A stretch of DNA of 64,000 nucleotides from the NCBI GenBank assembly GCA_943327755.2, contig CALPYF020000013.1:15998-79997 (forward strand), written 5' to 3'. Below, one piece after another: positions 19,194 to 28,776 of this stretch (its first letter is position 1; each line of letters starts with the position of its first letter). The notes under the pieces are model-generated. The model made no database searches, was not told the DNA's origin, and was given only the letters and a program-made list of their open reading frames with translations. The DNA comes from Deinococcus hopiensis KR-140 (lineage in GTDB: Bacteria > Deinococcota > Deinococci > Deinococcales > Deinococcaceae). The translations under genes were made by a program, and so were the position numbers.

Positions 19194-19541
19194 ACAGGGG
19201 AAGCGCAGCCGGTCATTACTTGATCTGTCAGTTGACATCCAGAAGTGTTCGAGTGATATGGAATCAAGCGCATAGATCGCGTTCCATAGGCGATAACTTG
19301 CGGCTGTCAGACCCTCAGCAAAATGATGGGCTGCTCGATCTGGGCTTCCTCCCGAAAACTGGACGGGATGAAATAGAGACTCTGGCTCGCCCTTGCCAGT
19401 CATAGGCTGGGAAGTGAGGCCCCTATGAACAATCGGCAGTTCAGCACCTGAATAAAAATCGATTCCCGTTCCGCAGGCCTGCAAGTGCGCTTCACACACG
19501 AGTCTTGATTCATGTGCCTCACGACCATTGGAATGTCTTGG

Positions 19542-20846
19542 TCACAGGGGTGCGTTGAGCAGGCTCTGGAGAAGTGGCAGCGCCTCTGCGGCGGGTCGCC
19601 GGGCCGCCGCAAGCACAGCATGCACCTGCTGGTCTGTCAGATCCTCGAAGGCCATCAGGCCCATCGGCGACAGAGGCCGGCCCAGGCGCACTTTGATGAG
19701 CGTGAGGGCCATGGTTCTGGGGTTGGTGTCCAGGTCCGGCGCGGCGTCCGAGATTGGCGTGGCCTTACGCTTGGGTGCGACCGCCTTTTGGGCGCTCGTT
19801 CGGGGCTGGGGGATGCCCTGCGTCCACTTTTCAGGGTGACGGATGCCGTCGACGATGCTGGCGGGGAGGCTGCGGGGTTTCCAGCCGGTGGTCAGGGCCA
19901 CGTCGATCTTGCGCAGCACTGGCTCAACCCGCTCCGGATGATCGGAGGCCAGGGATTCCGCCACGGGCCGGGTCACGCCCCGCGCGATGAGGAGTTCGGC
20001 CAGCTCAGGTTGCGGTGCCGACACGAACTGGTAGGTCACGGTGCCGCTGAACCCGCGTCCTGTAAAGGCGGCGCCTTTGAGGTACCCCTGCTCCTGCAGG
20101 TGCTCGTGCGCGAGGGTCAGGACGCGCCGGGCATTGTCCGCGCGGGTTTCGTCGATGCCGCAGGCGCGCACCCAGTCCTTCATGGGTACGGTGAGTTCTG
20201 AGGCCAGTGAGCCGTCCGCCTGAATGCGGTGCGCCTGAATGACGCGGTACAGGCTGCGGGCGGGGGCCTGCTTCAGTCGGGCGAGAAGTTCCGCGTCGAG
20301 GATCTGGTAGAGCCCGGCGCGAATGGCGTCCGCGAAGGTGGGACTGAAGATGACTTCAATGGGGAGTCGCTCGTCGAGTTGACGGTGCTCGAAGGGTTGC
20401 CGTGCGCCGCCGGAATCCACGAGGCGCAGTTCGCTGATGATGCCGACGACGCTGGTCGCGCCGGTGTGCCGCTGGTCCGTTTCGTTCCAGCTGGTGCGCA
20501 CCATACTCCAGCGCACGCCAGCCAGGCGGAGCAGCGCTTCACGGAGTCGCACATACGACCGGCCGCCGACGTCCAAGCCAGCCATGCGCAGGATGTCGGT
20601 GGGTTTGACTTCAATCCGGTCTCCAAGGGGGCATCCGGCTCGGAAGAACATGGTCTGCAAGGCCAGGAGCACGTCGCTGTCGGTTCCGTGGGGCCGGCCG
20701 TTGTTGGCGTGCCCTTCGATGCGGTAGAGGGTGTTGCCGATGGCGTAGTCGACAGTCCATGAGGTGGATTCTTTCGGAAGGACCTTCTGCACGCTGAAGA
20801 TGCCCGCCAGGGTCATGTCCAGTTCGTTGATTCGCAGGGGGTCCAC
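19542..20846 (-). CDS. repA: plasmid replication initiator protein (RepA-like, 434 aa)
   Basis: PHGTDSDVLLAL, LREALLRL and ARSLYRVI motifs of Deinococcus-type initiators. Adjacent iteron arrays. TATCAT at -12..-7 of GTG 20846. Confidence 0.85.
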   Translation of the reverse strand: MDPLRINELDMTLAGIFSVQKVLPKESTSWTVDYAIGNTLYRIEGHANNGRPHGTDSDVLLALQTMFFRAGCPLGDRIEVKPTDILRMAGLDVGGRSYVRLREALLRLAGVRWSMVRTSWNETDQRHTGATSVVGIISELRLVDSGGARQPFEHRQLDERLPIEVIFSPTFADAIRAGLYQILDAELLARLKQAPARSLYRVIQAHRIQADGSLASELTVPMKDWVRACGIDETRADNARRVLTLAHEHLQEQGYLKGAAFTGRGFSGTVTYQFVSAPQPELAELLIARGVTRPVAESLASDHPERVEPVLRKIDVALTTGWKPRSLPASIVDGIRHPEKWTQGIPQPRTSAQKAVAPKRKATPISDAAPDLDTNPRTMALTLIKVRLGRPLSPMGLMAFEDLTDQQVHAVLAAARRPAAEALPLLQSLLNAPL

Positions 20847-20965
20847 CCCTTGATGATATCAGTCAAGACTTCTTAAAAAGATTGATTTGTTGTCATCAAG
20901 GCGGGGGGGCAGGCCTGATTTTTATTGTGCTGGACGTGCCTGCACGGGATAAATGAGATGCGTTA

Positions 20966-21254
20966 CCTCACAACGCCCGATGAAATCCCTCACAACGCCC
21001 GCGCCATTCCCTCACAACGTCCGCTATTTCCCCTCAGAACGCCCGCGGTTTTCCCTCACAACGCCCGGCCGTTGGTGCCCTCCGGGAATCGCGTAGTGCG
21101 GCATGGATCGGGGGTTCTGAGTGATTTCATCGGGCGTTGTGAGGTGATACTTCGGGCGTTGTGAGGTGTTTTCACGGGCGTTCCGAGTGATGACGTCGGG
21201 CGTTGTGAGGGATTTGTCCTGATCCTGTCTCTGCGCCTATCGGGCGTTGTGAGG
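20966..21254. repeat. iterons / probable oriV: five CCTCACAACGCCCG copies plus five inverted copies, 22-bp period
   Basis: Forward copies at 20966, 20988, 21010, 21032, 21054. Inverted CGGGCGTTGTGAGG copies at 21131, 21153, 21175, 21197, 21241. Directly upstream of rep. Confidence 0.9.
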
Positions 21255-21325
21255 GATGTTCATACCATCACCTGCCTCACCGAGATCCCAGCGCTGGCCC
21301 ACCGCGGGTGGGCCACGAGACGAGC

Positions 21326-22846
21326 ATGACCATCAGCACCAGCAGCGTGTTCTCCTTCAAGACGGCGAAGTTCCCTGGACTCGGGAAGGGCGGCCGGGTG
21401 CAGATCCCACAGCATCTGCACAGCCAACTCGACACGTCCAACCGGATGCGCATCATCCCGTGGGCTGCCGCTGAAGCAGTCGCCCAGGTCCTGCTGGGCC
21501 GCGTGGAGGCTGAACGCACTCCCAAGTCCCTCACCGTCCAGACCATCGACAAGGACGGGCAGCCCGTCCTCATGGCCTCCCACCCCGCCCAGGCGACGTG
21601 GGTGAATGCCGGGCAGACCGTGCGCCCGTACATCCTCCTGATCGCCGAAGCCCAGCTCGCAGCCAAGCACACCGAACTCGCCGAACGCTGGGGCGAACTC
21701 CTGCACACCATCGACCGGCACGCCGTCACCCTCCCCGCCACTGAGGATCAACTGGCCACGCTCAGCTACACCGCTGAATTCAAGGATGATCTCCAGCGCG
21801 TCCTGGACACCCTGTACTACACCGGGAAGCTCTACGCGGACACCTGCTCCTGGATCACCGGGCCCCTCTCCGCCCCCGCCGCGTGGACGCATTCCCCGGT
21901 CCTCCTCGGGCAGTCCCCCCGCCAGCCCGGCGAGCCCGGTGCGGATCTCAGCGAGGAAGGCCGCCTCACCCGGCGGGCCGCGTACGGCATCCGCGCCCTG
22001 CTCGTCGGCCCCACCGGCTGCGGGAAGACCGAACTCGGCAAGCGCGTCGCCCTGTCCACCGGTTCGACGATCGTCTCCCTCAAGGGCCGCCCCGGTCTGG
22101 AGGACCGCGACATGATTGGGTTCATCTCCCCCACCCTGCAGGGCGCCCGCTGGGTGGACGGCCCGCTCGCCCGGGCCATGCGCCTCGCGCAGCAGGGCAC
22201 ACGCACCACCCTCCTGATCGACGAGCTGCTCCGCCTGGACGCGTACCACCGCAACGCCCTGATCGGCCTGCTCGACGACGTCAGCGCCACGGAACTCAAA
22301 GCCACGCTGGGCGTCGACGTGCCCGACGGGCGGTACTACACCCTGGATCTCCCCGGCGCCGGTGAAGTCCTGTACGCCCCGACGCGCCTACTCAGCGTCC
22401 TGTGCACCACGAACGCCGGCAGCTCGTACACGCAGAGCGGCGAGCTCGACCCCGCCCTCCTGCGGCGCTTCCAGCGTGTCATGTTCGTCTCGTACCCTGC
22501 CGAGGCGGTCATCATGCCGGTCTACGCGAAGGCGGCCACACCTGGGACGGCGCGCGTCGCGTACGCCCTGGAAGTGGCCACGCGCAGCATGACGGTCGAC
22601 CAGGGGCAGCTGCTCGCCCGGCCCATGAACACCGGCATCACCCTGAACTTCCTCGCGGAAGTGCAGGACCTCGTCCAGGCGGGCCTCTCCGAGACCAACG
22701 CCTTGCGCGAGGCGCTGCTCGTCACCGTCACGCCGTTCTGCTGCGAGTTGACCGACGAGGGCCTGCCCGACCCGGCGGCCGTGAATGCCCTGAAGGCCCG
22801 CCTGGAAGAGCAACTCCGCAAGGGCCTGCTTCACAAGGCCGCGTGA
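21326..22846 (+). CDS. MoxR-like AAA+ ATPase with an N-terminal extension (506 aa), hairpin-led
   Basis: Walker A GPTGCGKT, WVDGPL, Walker B LIDE, sensor TTN, and LDPALLRRF Arg finger. Confidence 0.85.
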   Translation: MTISTSSVFSFKTAKFPGLGKGGRVQIPQHLHSQLDTSNRMRIIPWAAAEAVAQVLLGRVEAERTPKSLTVQTIDKDGQPVLMASHPAQATWVNAGQTVRPYILLIAEAQLAAKHTELAERWGELLHTIDRHAVTLPATEDQLATLSYTAEFKDDLQRVLDTLYYTGKLYADTCSWITGPLSAPAAWTHSPVLLGQSPRQPGEPGADLSEEGRLTRRAAYGIRALLVGPTGCGKTELGKRVALSTGSTIVSLKGRPGLEDRDMIGFISPTLQGARWVDGPLARAMRLAQQGTRTTLLIDELLRLDAYHRNALIGLLDDVSATELKATLGVDVPDGRYYTLDLPGAGEVLYAPTRLLSVLCTTNAGSSYTQSGELDPALLRRFQRVMFVSYPAEAVIMPVYAKAATPGTARVAYALEVATRSMTVDQGQLLARPMNTGITLNFLAEVQDLVQAGLSETNALREALLVTVTPFCCELTDEGLPDPAAVNALKARLEEQLRKGLLHKAA

Positions 22847-22922
22847 GGCGGTGGCCCCCTCCGGGGGGCTTTCTTCATGTGGGGAGTTCTGGCCCCCAGA
22901 CGCTGGGGGCCACGGTATACGC

Positions 22923-24422
22923 ATGACCCAGCAGAAATGGTGGCAGACCCCCCGCATTCAGAAGTGGGCGTGGGACGCCTGGCGGTACTACTCCTGGCGG
23001 CCCACCTACCGCCTCACCCTCACCCCCAGCGAACCGTCCGCCTACGTCGACATGGTCAATCACGTCGTCGTGTGCAACCCCGAGTACCCGTACCCGCCCC
23101 TGCACCTCGCCCGCCACGTGCGTGGCCTACCGGCGGACCTGCACGAGTTCCAGCAGACCTACCTCGAATCCCTCATCGCGCACGAGGCCGGGCACACGCA
23201 CCACTCCGGTCTACTCCCCGCGGGGCTGCACGGCCAGCTCGTGAACATGCTCGAGGACGAACGCATGGAGCGCCTCACCGCCGTGGACTTCCCGCACCTC
23301 ACGGCGCTGTTCCAACTGGCAGCGGACGTGGACGCCGCGCACGCCATCGAACAGGGTGGCCTGGGTGGAGACGTCCTGCGTGGTTGCCTCCTGCACCGCT
23401 TCACTGCCCACCATCCCACGTGGTCGTTCACGCCCGATCAAGCGGACGCAGGCCTGTGGCCCGAGGTGAAGGCGATCGTGGAGGAGGCCTGGGTCGCCCC
23501 CACGTACGACGCGGTCGTCGACGCCGCCCGGCGCATCCTGCAGATCCTGAATCTCCCCGAGCAGGCGCCCGAACGCGAGGAGTTCCGGTTCTTCCTCGAT
23601 GGAGGTGGGCAGGCCCTGCTGCCGCAGACACCCGGTCCATCCCTCCAGGGGAGTGCCGCTGGAGACGGGCCCGGCCAGTTGCACGGTGCGGAGCCCCGCC
23701 CGATCAAACCGGAGGTGGATCCGCAGGTGACGCCCCGCGCCGAGTACCTCCAGGCCCAGGTGCATGGTGAGGCCCGCCGCCTCGCCGCAGCCCTGTGCCC
23801 CCCGGCCCTGCCCGACCGGACGCAACCCAGCCGCGACCGCGGCCGCTACCGGTACGACCGGCACGAGACAGGTAGCGAGCGCCCCTTCGACCTGAAGGTC
23901 GGCTCGAAGCGCCCCGGTCCAGCACACCTGCGGCTCGCGATCGACGTGAGCAGCAGCATGAACCACCAGGACCGCGTGGCGCACGCCCGGCGCATGGCGT
24001 TCATCCTGACGCTGGCCGCGCAGCAGAGCGGCACGCCCATCCTGGCCACCGCGTTCGCCGATGATGCGCAGACGCTCATTCAGACGGGCACGCTGCCCAC
24101 CGCCGCCCTGAATGCCGTGGCGGATCTGCAGGCGTACGGCAACACCCGCCTCGCCCCCACACTCCAGGGCCTGTGGTCCCCCGTCCTGCCCGGCCGGAGT
24201 ATCACCGTGATCCTCAGCGACGGCGCCCTCATGGAGCGTGATTACACCCAGTGCGCCCAGCTGCGCGCGCGGCATGATGGCCTCGTCGTGCCGATCCTGC
24301 TCGACGTGCAGCCGGACGTGGCGGCCGCGTACGAGCGCGCGTTCGGCCCCTGCGTGCTGATGAGCGATCCGGCCCAGCTCACCACACACGTCCTGACATT
24401 CCTGCGCACCCTGCTCCGCTGA
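22923..24422 (+). CDS. zincin-like (HExxH) plus vWA domain protein, MoxR partner (499 aa), hairpin-led
   Basis: AHEAGH...NMLEDERME in the N-terminal part; MIDAS motif DVSSSM, T (GNT) and LSDG in the C-terminal part. Confidence 0.85.
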   Translation: MTQQKWWQTPRIQKWAWDAWRYYSWRPTYRLTLTPSEPSAYVDMVNHVVVCNPEYPYPPLHLARHVRGLPADLHEFQQTYLESLIAHEAGHTHHSGLLPAGLHGQLVNMLEDERMERLTAVDFPHLTALFQLAADVDAAHAIEQGGLGGDVLRGCLLHRFTAHHPTWSFTPDQADAGLWPEVKAIVEEAWVAPTYDAVVDAARRILQILNLPEQAPEREEFRFFLDGGGQALLPQTPGPSLQGSAAGDGPGQLHGAEPRPIKPEVDPQVTPRAEYLQAQVHGEARRLAAALCPPALPDRTQPSRDRGRYRYDRHETGSERPFDLKVGSKRPGPAHLRLAIDVSSSMNHQDRVAHARRMAFILTLAAQQSGTPILATAFADDAQTLIQTGTLPTAALNAVADLQAYGNTRLAPTLQGLWSPVLPGRSITVILSDGALMERDYTQCAQLRARHDGLVVPILLDVQPDVAAAYERAFGPCVLMSDPAQLTTHVLTFLRTLLR

Positions 24423-24468
24423 ACCCGGCAGGAGTGGCCCAGCCAGGGGGCTGGGCCACGGGAGGCGT

Positions 24469-25581
24469 ATGAGTCTCACCACAGCCATCGATGCCTGCGA
24501 CCTGCGCGCCCTGATTGCCACGCACTGCGGCGCACCGGCCGCCCGGGGCCTCGGCACCAAGGGCGGCACCATCCATGATCCCCGCCCCGGCATGCAGGAA
24601 GCCGACCCCAGCTTCAGCGTCTGGCGCAACCGCGCCGGAACGTGGATGTGGAAGAAGCGCGGGCGCAACGCCGGGAGCGGTACCGCCTACACCTTCCTGA
24701 TCAGCCTCGGCTTCAGCGGCCCGGACGCCCGGGCGGAACTCCTGCGCTTTACGGGCACGCCCGATCAGGGCTTCACGCCCAGCACCGCCACCGAGAAACC
24801 CCCCGTGGACGTCCTCGCACTCGCGCAGGAGGCACTGGCCGACCTCCGCGCGGTCGCGCACCGGGACGCCGAGGCACTCCGCCGGCGGCTCACCCCCCTG
24901 CACGAGGACCATCCGGCCGCGAAGGACCTCGCCCGGCGGGGCCTGTGGCCCCCCAGTGAACTCGACGTCGCCGCCCTCGGGAATGACCTGGTCTTCGCCG
25001 TCCGGGGCCCCACCGGGCGCGTCGTGAACTTCAAGCGGCGCGTGCACGGCGCGGCGCGCAGCAAGTACTCCGTCATGATTCCCGGCCACGGCACGCCCGC
25101 TTGGTGCAACCCCCGGTACGGGCAGGCCAGCCGCCTCCTGGTCATCGAGGGTGAACTCAACGCGGCCGCGGCCTGGCGAGTCATCCGGGAGTTGGGGTTG
25201 GACTTCGACGTGCAGGGCCTGCCCGGCACGGACACCACACCCTTCCTCGAAGGCCTGGACCGCGAGGTGTGGGTGTACGCCGACGCGGATGAGAGCGGCG
25301 AGCGTATGCGGGCCCGCATCCAGGATCTCGCGTTCCGTGTGGGCGCGCCCCGCGTGCGGCAGATCCCCGCCCTGGCGGAGGGAGACTTCTGCGACGTGCT
25401 CGGCCGCGCCGGGGTGCTGGCCCTGGCTGACGTGTTGCACGCTGAGCAGCACCAGGACGTGGAACCGGACTCCATCGCCCTCTGGCCGGCGCAGCTGGAA
25501 GTGCAGCACGCCGCGCGCCTCACCCCCCTGCTCGGCGTCACGCAGGATTACGCAGGCTGGCCCCTGATGACCCGCTCCTGA
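24469..25581 (+). CDS. Toprim-domain (DnaG-like primase) protein (370 aa), hairpin-led
   Basis: VIEGELNA (Toprim Glu), YADADESG (DxD) and GDFCDVL. The N-terminal DPSFSVW region resembles the primase Zn-binding domain but lacks its cysteines. Confidence 0.75.
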   Translation: MSLTTAIDACDLRALIATHCGAPAARGLGTKGGTIHDPRPGMQEADPSFSVWRNRAGTWMWKKRGRNAGSGTAYTFLISLGFSGPDARAELLRFTGTPDQGFTPSTATEKPPVDVLALAQEALADLRAVAHRDAEALRRRLTPLHEDHPAAKDLARRGLWPPSELDVAALGNDLVFAVRGPTGRVVNFKRRVHGAARSKYSVMIPGHGTPAWCNPRYGQASRLLVIEGELNAAAAWRVIRELGLDFDVQGLPGTDTTPFLEGLDREVWVYADADESGERMRARIQDLAFRVGAPRVRQIPALAEGDFCDVLGRAGVLALADVLHAEQHQDVEPDSIALWPAQLEVQHAARLTPLLGVTQDYAGWPLMTRS

Positions 25582-25591
25582 ACCCCACGCC

Positions 25592-25623
25592 CACGCCCCC
25601 CACTTGACACGGTGGGGGGCGTG
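25592..25623 (+). terminator. perfect 12-bp hairpin, possible terminator
   Basis: CACGCCCCCCAC-ttgacacg-GTGGGGGGCGTG followed by TTGCTCTT, 11 nt after the Toprim stop. Confidence 0.5.
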
Positions 25624-25639
25624 TTGCTCTTCATTGAGC

Positions 25640-26056
25640 ATGATCAAGGTGATGACCAGCAAGGATGGACCCGTGTGCGCCGCGTACCGCTGGCCGATCG
25701 GCGAGGCGATCGTCGACGCCTTGCGCGCCATGTACCCCGCGCAGCGCGTCTGGATGGTCCCCAGCACCGCCGCCGAGGTGGAGAAACTCGGGCTGGAAGT
25801 CCTGACCACCGTGCAGGACACGGAACGGGCCGACGCGTACCGGGTGGCCATCCAGGGTGAGCGCGTGGAGCGCGCCCTGCACCGCCGCACCCTGCGCGGT
25901 CTCGTCCGCCGGGGCGCGGTCTTCCACAACGGCACTGCCACGGGCGAAGCGACCAGCATGGAGGAAGCCGAACGACTCGCCCGGGAGACGTACGACGAGG
26001 CCGTCCCGAAACTGAACCTGAACCTGCGCGATCTGCTCGGCCTGCCGCCCCTTTAG
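25640..26056 (+). CDS. hypothetical protein (138 aa)
   Basis: High GC3 frame from ATG 25640 (MIKVMTSKDGPVCAAYRW...). Confidence 0.65.
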   Translation: MIKVMTSKDGPVCAAYRWPIGEAIVDALRAMYPAQRVWMVPSTAAEVEKLGLEVLTTVQDTERADAYRVAIQGERVERALHRRTLRGLVRRGAVFHNGTATGEATSMEEAERLARETYDEAVPKLNLNLRDLLGLPPL

Positions 26057-26089
26057 GTGTGGCCTCCTGGCGGAGGCCAGGTCAGGGTC

Positions 26090-26191
26090 ATGCACCCCAC
26101 CCGACTCCGCCGCGAGAGCGCCCCGCACCGTGCCCCCCGCAGTCTCCCCCACCGGCCCAGCCTGCACCAGCCACGCCTCCCCCACCGATGA
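26090..26191 (+). CDS. His/Arg/Pro-rich micro-ORF (33 aa), hairpin-led
   Basis: ATG exactly 10 nt after TGGCCTCC-TGGC-GGAGGCCA. Chained by ATGA overlaps to 26188-26268 (26 aa) and then to 26265. Confidence 0.4.
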   Translation: MHPTRLRRESAPHRAPRSLPHRPSLHQPRLPHR

Positions 26192-26264
26192 TCCCACCAC
26201 AGGCCGCACGCGAACCGCGTGCGGCCACGTCCTGCATGGAACGACCTTCCACCAGGAGACCCCC

Positions 26265-26876
26265 ATGATCGAGATCCCGAAGACCTTCGAAGAGCAGGCC
26301 GCCCAGCGCATGACCCTCTACGCGGACGCCCTCCACACCCATGGCGTGTTCCCCGGCGCGCCCCTCGCGTTCGTGGGTGTCCTCACCACCGGCCTACCCG
26401 GCGAGGTCATCGAACTGGCCCTGATCACTCCGGGTGCCGAGCACGTCTGGCGCGCCCAGCCACTCGGGTCCATCGAGGGAGGTGCGTACCGGCGGCATGG
26501 CCTCACGACCCTGGACCTCGCGAGCGAGCCGCCCTTCACCCAGGTGTACCCGCAGGTGCTGGAGGTTCTGCAGTCCGCCGGTCCGGTCACCCTGATCGCG
26601 TGGGCGGGGCGCTTCATCACGGCGGCCGTGGCCGCCAGCCTTCCACCGGGTACACCGCCCCTGACGCCACTGGACCTCCAGGCGATCGTGGACGAGCAGG
26701 ACTGGACGCTGAATCCGTACGCGCGGTACCTGCCGAGCCTGCCCGGCATGGGGTACACGGTCGAGACGCCGCAGATCGACCCGGCCAGTGCGCTCAGTCA
26801 CGCGCGCGCGCTCCAGGCCGTCACGGCAGCGCTGCTGGAGCGCCGCTCCACACGAACCATCCCACCCCGCTGGTGA
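26265..26876 (+). CDS. DnaQ/DEDDh exonuclease-fold protein with degenerate catalytic residues (203 aa)
   Basis: FVGVLTTGL..EVIELALI, RRHGLT..DL..EPPF..V and LIAWAGRF follow the DEDDh ExoI/ExoII layout, but the acidic residues are replaced. CAGGAG RBS. Confidence 0.6.
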   Translation: MIEIPKTFEEQAAQRMTLYADALHTHGVFPGAPLAFVGVLTTGLPGEVIELALITPGAEHVWRAQPLGSIEGGAYRRHGLTTLDLASEPPFTQVYPQVLEVLQSAGPVTLIAWAGRFITAAVAASLPPGTPPLTPLDLQAIVDEQDWTLNPYARYLPSLPGMGYTVETPQIDPASALSHARALQAVTAALLERRSTRTIPPRW

Positions 26877-26981
26877 TCCAGCACGTGTAACTCAAGGAAG
26901 TGGCCGCAGATGCGGCCACCTTTCCCTTCGAGAACGTCAGAGATGGCCTGTCCGCGATGCGGCCCGGCCCCGCCAGCGCGC

Positions 26982-27716
26982 ATGTTGTATTTCGCGAGCA
27001 CGAGCAGTGACTTGGACGACCTGGACGCCCACCCGGACATTGGGGTGATGACCGGACCGCGCGTGGGTGGACTGGGCAGCATACTGACGTCCCAGCGCCC
27101 CTGGGCGTCGGACTGCGACGCCCTGAGCAAGCACGGCTTCCACTATGACGAGTTCGTCGAGCACCTGCGGCGCGTGCACGACCCGGAGTTGATCGCCCGC
27201 TGCCAGTTCGTGGTGGTCCCCGATGTCCCCGGTTGCGGACGCAGCACCCTCGCGGCATTCCACGCGGCCGCGCCGGAACTCGCCGAACTGGGGTTCCCCC
27301 TCGCGTACTGCCTGCAAGACGGTGCAGAGGAACTGGAGTTGCCGCCCTGCGACGTGGCCTTCCTGGGCGGCAGTGACCCCTGGCGGGAGGCGGTTGGCGC
27401 CGCGCTCCTGGAACGGGCGGCCGCTGAATGCCTGCGAACCCACGTGGGCCGCGTGAACAGCGCGCGGCGCGTCCGGCACCTGAGTTTCTGCCATTGCGAC
27501 AGCGTGGACGGCACGTACGTGGGCTTCCGAGGCGTGGAGCGGGGCGCGCGGGAGATCGGGTCGTGGCTGCGGGGCGCGGCGGATGAGAAGCTGCTGGGCG
27601 CGGCGGACCTGCGGGCCATGACGCTGGACCCGGCGCGCGTGGCGCGCTGGCGGGAGCGGCGTCGCCCCGCCCCGCGGTGGGGCGAGATGCAGCCCGGCAC
27701 TGAGCGGCTGTTCTGA
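26982..27716 (+). CDS. TGT/DpdA-like TIM-barrel protein (244 aa)
   Basis: WASDCD, VVPDVPG, CLQDG, FLGGS, HVGRVNS and DSVDGT resemble the motif series of phage/plasmid transglycosylase-like proteins. Degenerate hairpin upstream. Confidence 0.55.
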   Translation: MLYFASTSSDLDDLDAHPDIGVMTGPRVGGLGSILTSQRPWASDCDALSKHGFHYDEFVEHLRRVHDPELIARCQFVVVPDVPGCGRSTLAAFHAAAPELAELGFPLAYCLQDGAEELELPPCDVAFLGGSDPWREAVGAALLERAAAECLRTHVGRVNSARRVRHLSFCHCDSVDGTYVGFRGVERGAREIGSWLRGAADEKLLGAADLRAMTLDPARVARWRERRRPAPRWGEMQPGTERLF

Positions 27717-27733
27717 GGCATGCACGGGGCACC

Positions 27734-27762
27734 TTGTAAAAAGTGTTCAACATTTGTACCTT
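27734..27762 (+). promoter_or_regulatory. sigmaA-type promoter for a leaderless parA transcript
   Basis: TTGTAA (27734)-N17-TACCTT (27757-27762), with GTG at 27769; the -10 box sits at -12..-7. Confidence 0.7.
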
Positions 27763-27768
27763 ACTCTC

Positions 27769-28776
27769 GTGCCCCGAAAGAAGCGGACCCCAGATCAGCG
27801 ACCGGAGGGCGTGGTGCTCACCTCTCAGCTCCGCCAGCAACTGCCCGCCGTCCTGAGCGCGGTGCAGCGTGGGCAGGAGTTCACCCTGAGGCACTACGCC
27901 ACCGACGTGGCCCGCATCGTTCCCCTCACGACCGTACCCAAGGAGACCCCCATGCGCCCCACCATGACTGTCCTCGCCACCTACAACCAGGCTGGCGGCA
28001 GCGGCAAGACCAGCCTCACCCGCGACCTGGGCTACGCACTCGCCACTCGCGGTCACCGGGTTCTCCTCATTGACGCAGACCCCCAGGCCAGCCTCACGCG
28101 GTGGCTCGGCCTCTTCCAAACCCCTGAAGACGGCTCGGTCCCTGCAGCCCTGAGCGTCCAGGCCACCATCCGCCAGGTGCTCGACGAGACCGCCGACACC
28201 CTCCCTCAACCGATCCCAGCCTTCGACATGGACGTCATCCCCTCGAACCGCCACCTCAAAGGCGCCGAACTCTACCTGAGTGGACAGCTCCCCGAAGAAC
28301 AGGGCCGACTGCGCCGCGCCATTCAAGCCCTCAGTGACCGCTACGACTACGTCCTGATTGACACACCCCCCGCGGACAACGCTCTCGTCCTGGCCTGCAT
28401 TGCCGCAAGCGATCTGATGATCATGCCTGTCACCGGCTCAAAGGGCCTGGACAACATCGACAACGTCAGCCGGGTCATTCGGCAGGCCCGTGCCATCAAC
28501 CCGGGCCTGAACTTCGGTCTGTTCGTCGTCACTGGCTACAACAAAAATCTTCTCCACGACGCCGAGGTATACGACGCCCTGACGCAGGTGTATGCCGATC
28601 TCGGCCCCACCGCGCCGCCCATCGCCTTCCGCCCCGGCATCTACAAGGATGCGCCCAACGCGATGCAGCCCGTCGCGGTGTACCGACCCAAGAGTCCGGC
28701 CGTGCAGGAGATCGATGCCGTCACGGACGCGGTCGTGCATGCTGCCGCCCGCCAAGCTCAGCTGGTGGCCCCATGA
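27769..28776 (+). CDS. parA: ParA partition ATPase with an N-terminal Phd/YefM-like extension (335 aa; internal SD-led start at 27952)
   Basis: Deviant Walker A NQAGGSGKT, LIDADPQASLT, YDYVLIDTPP. N-terminal SQLRQQLPAVLSAVQRGQEFTLRHYATDVARIVP. Confidence 0.9.
   Translation: MPRKKRTPDQRPEGVVLTSQLRQQLPAVLSAVQRGQEFTLRHYATDVARIVPLTTVPKETPMRPTMTVLATYNQAGGSGKTSLTRDLGYALATRGHRVLLIDADPQASLTRWLGLFQTPEDGSVPAALSVQATIRQVLDETADTLPQPIPAFDMDVIPSNRHLKGAELYLSGQLPEEQGRLRRAIQALSDRYDYVLIDTPPADNALVLACIAASDLMIMPVTGSKGLDNIDNVSRVIRQARAINPGLNFGLFVVTGYNKNLLHDAEVYDALTQVYADLGPTAPPIAFRPGIYKDAPNAMQPVAVYRPKSPAVQEIDAVTDAVVHAAARQAQLVAP

Noticed and set aside
19194-19541. Gene in the lower-GC gap between the immunity ORF and rep
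   Set aside because: The short ORFs on both strands lack an RBS, promoter or motifs. It may be a decayed remnant.
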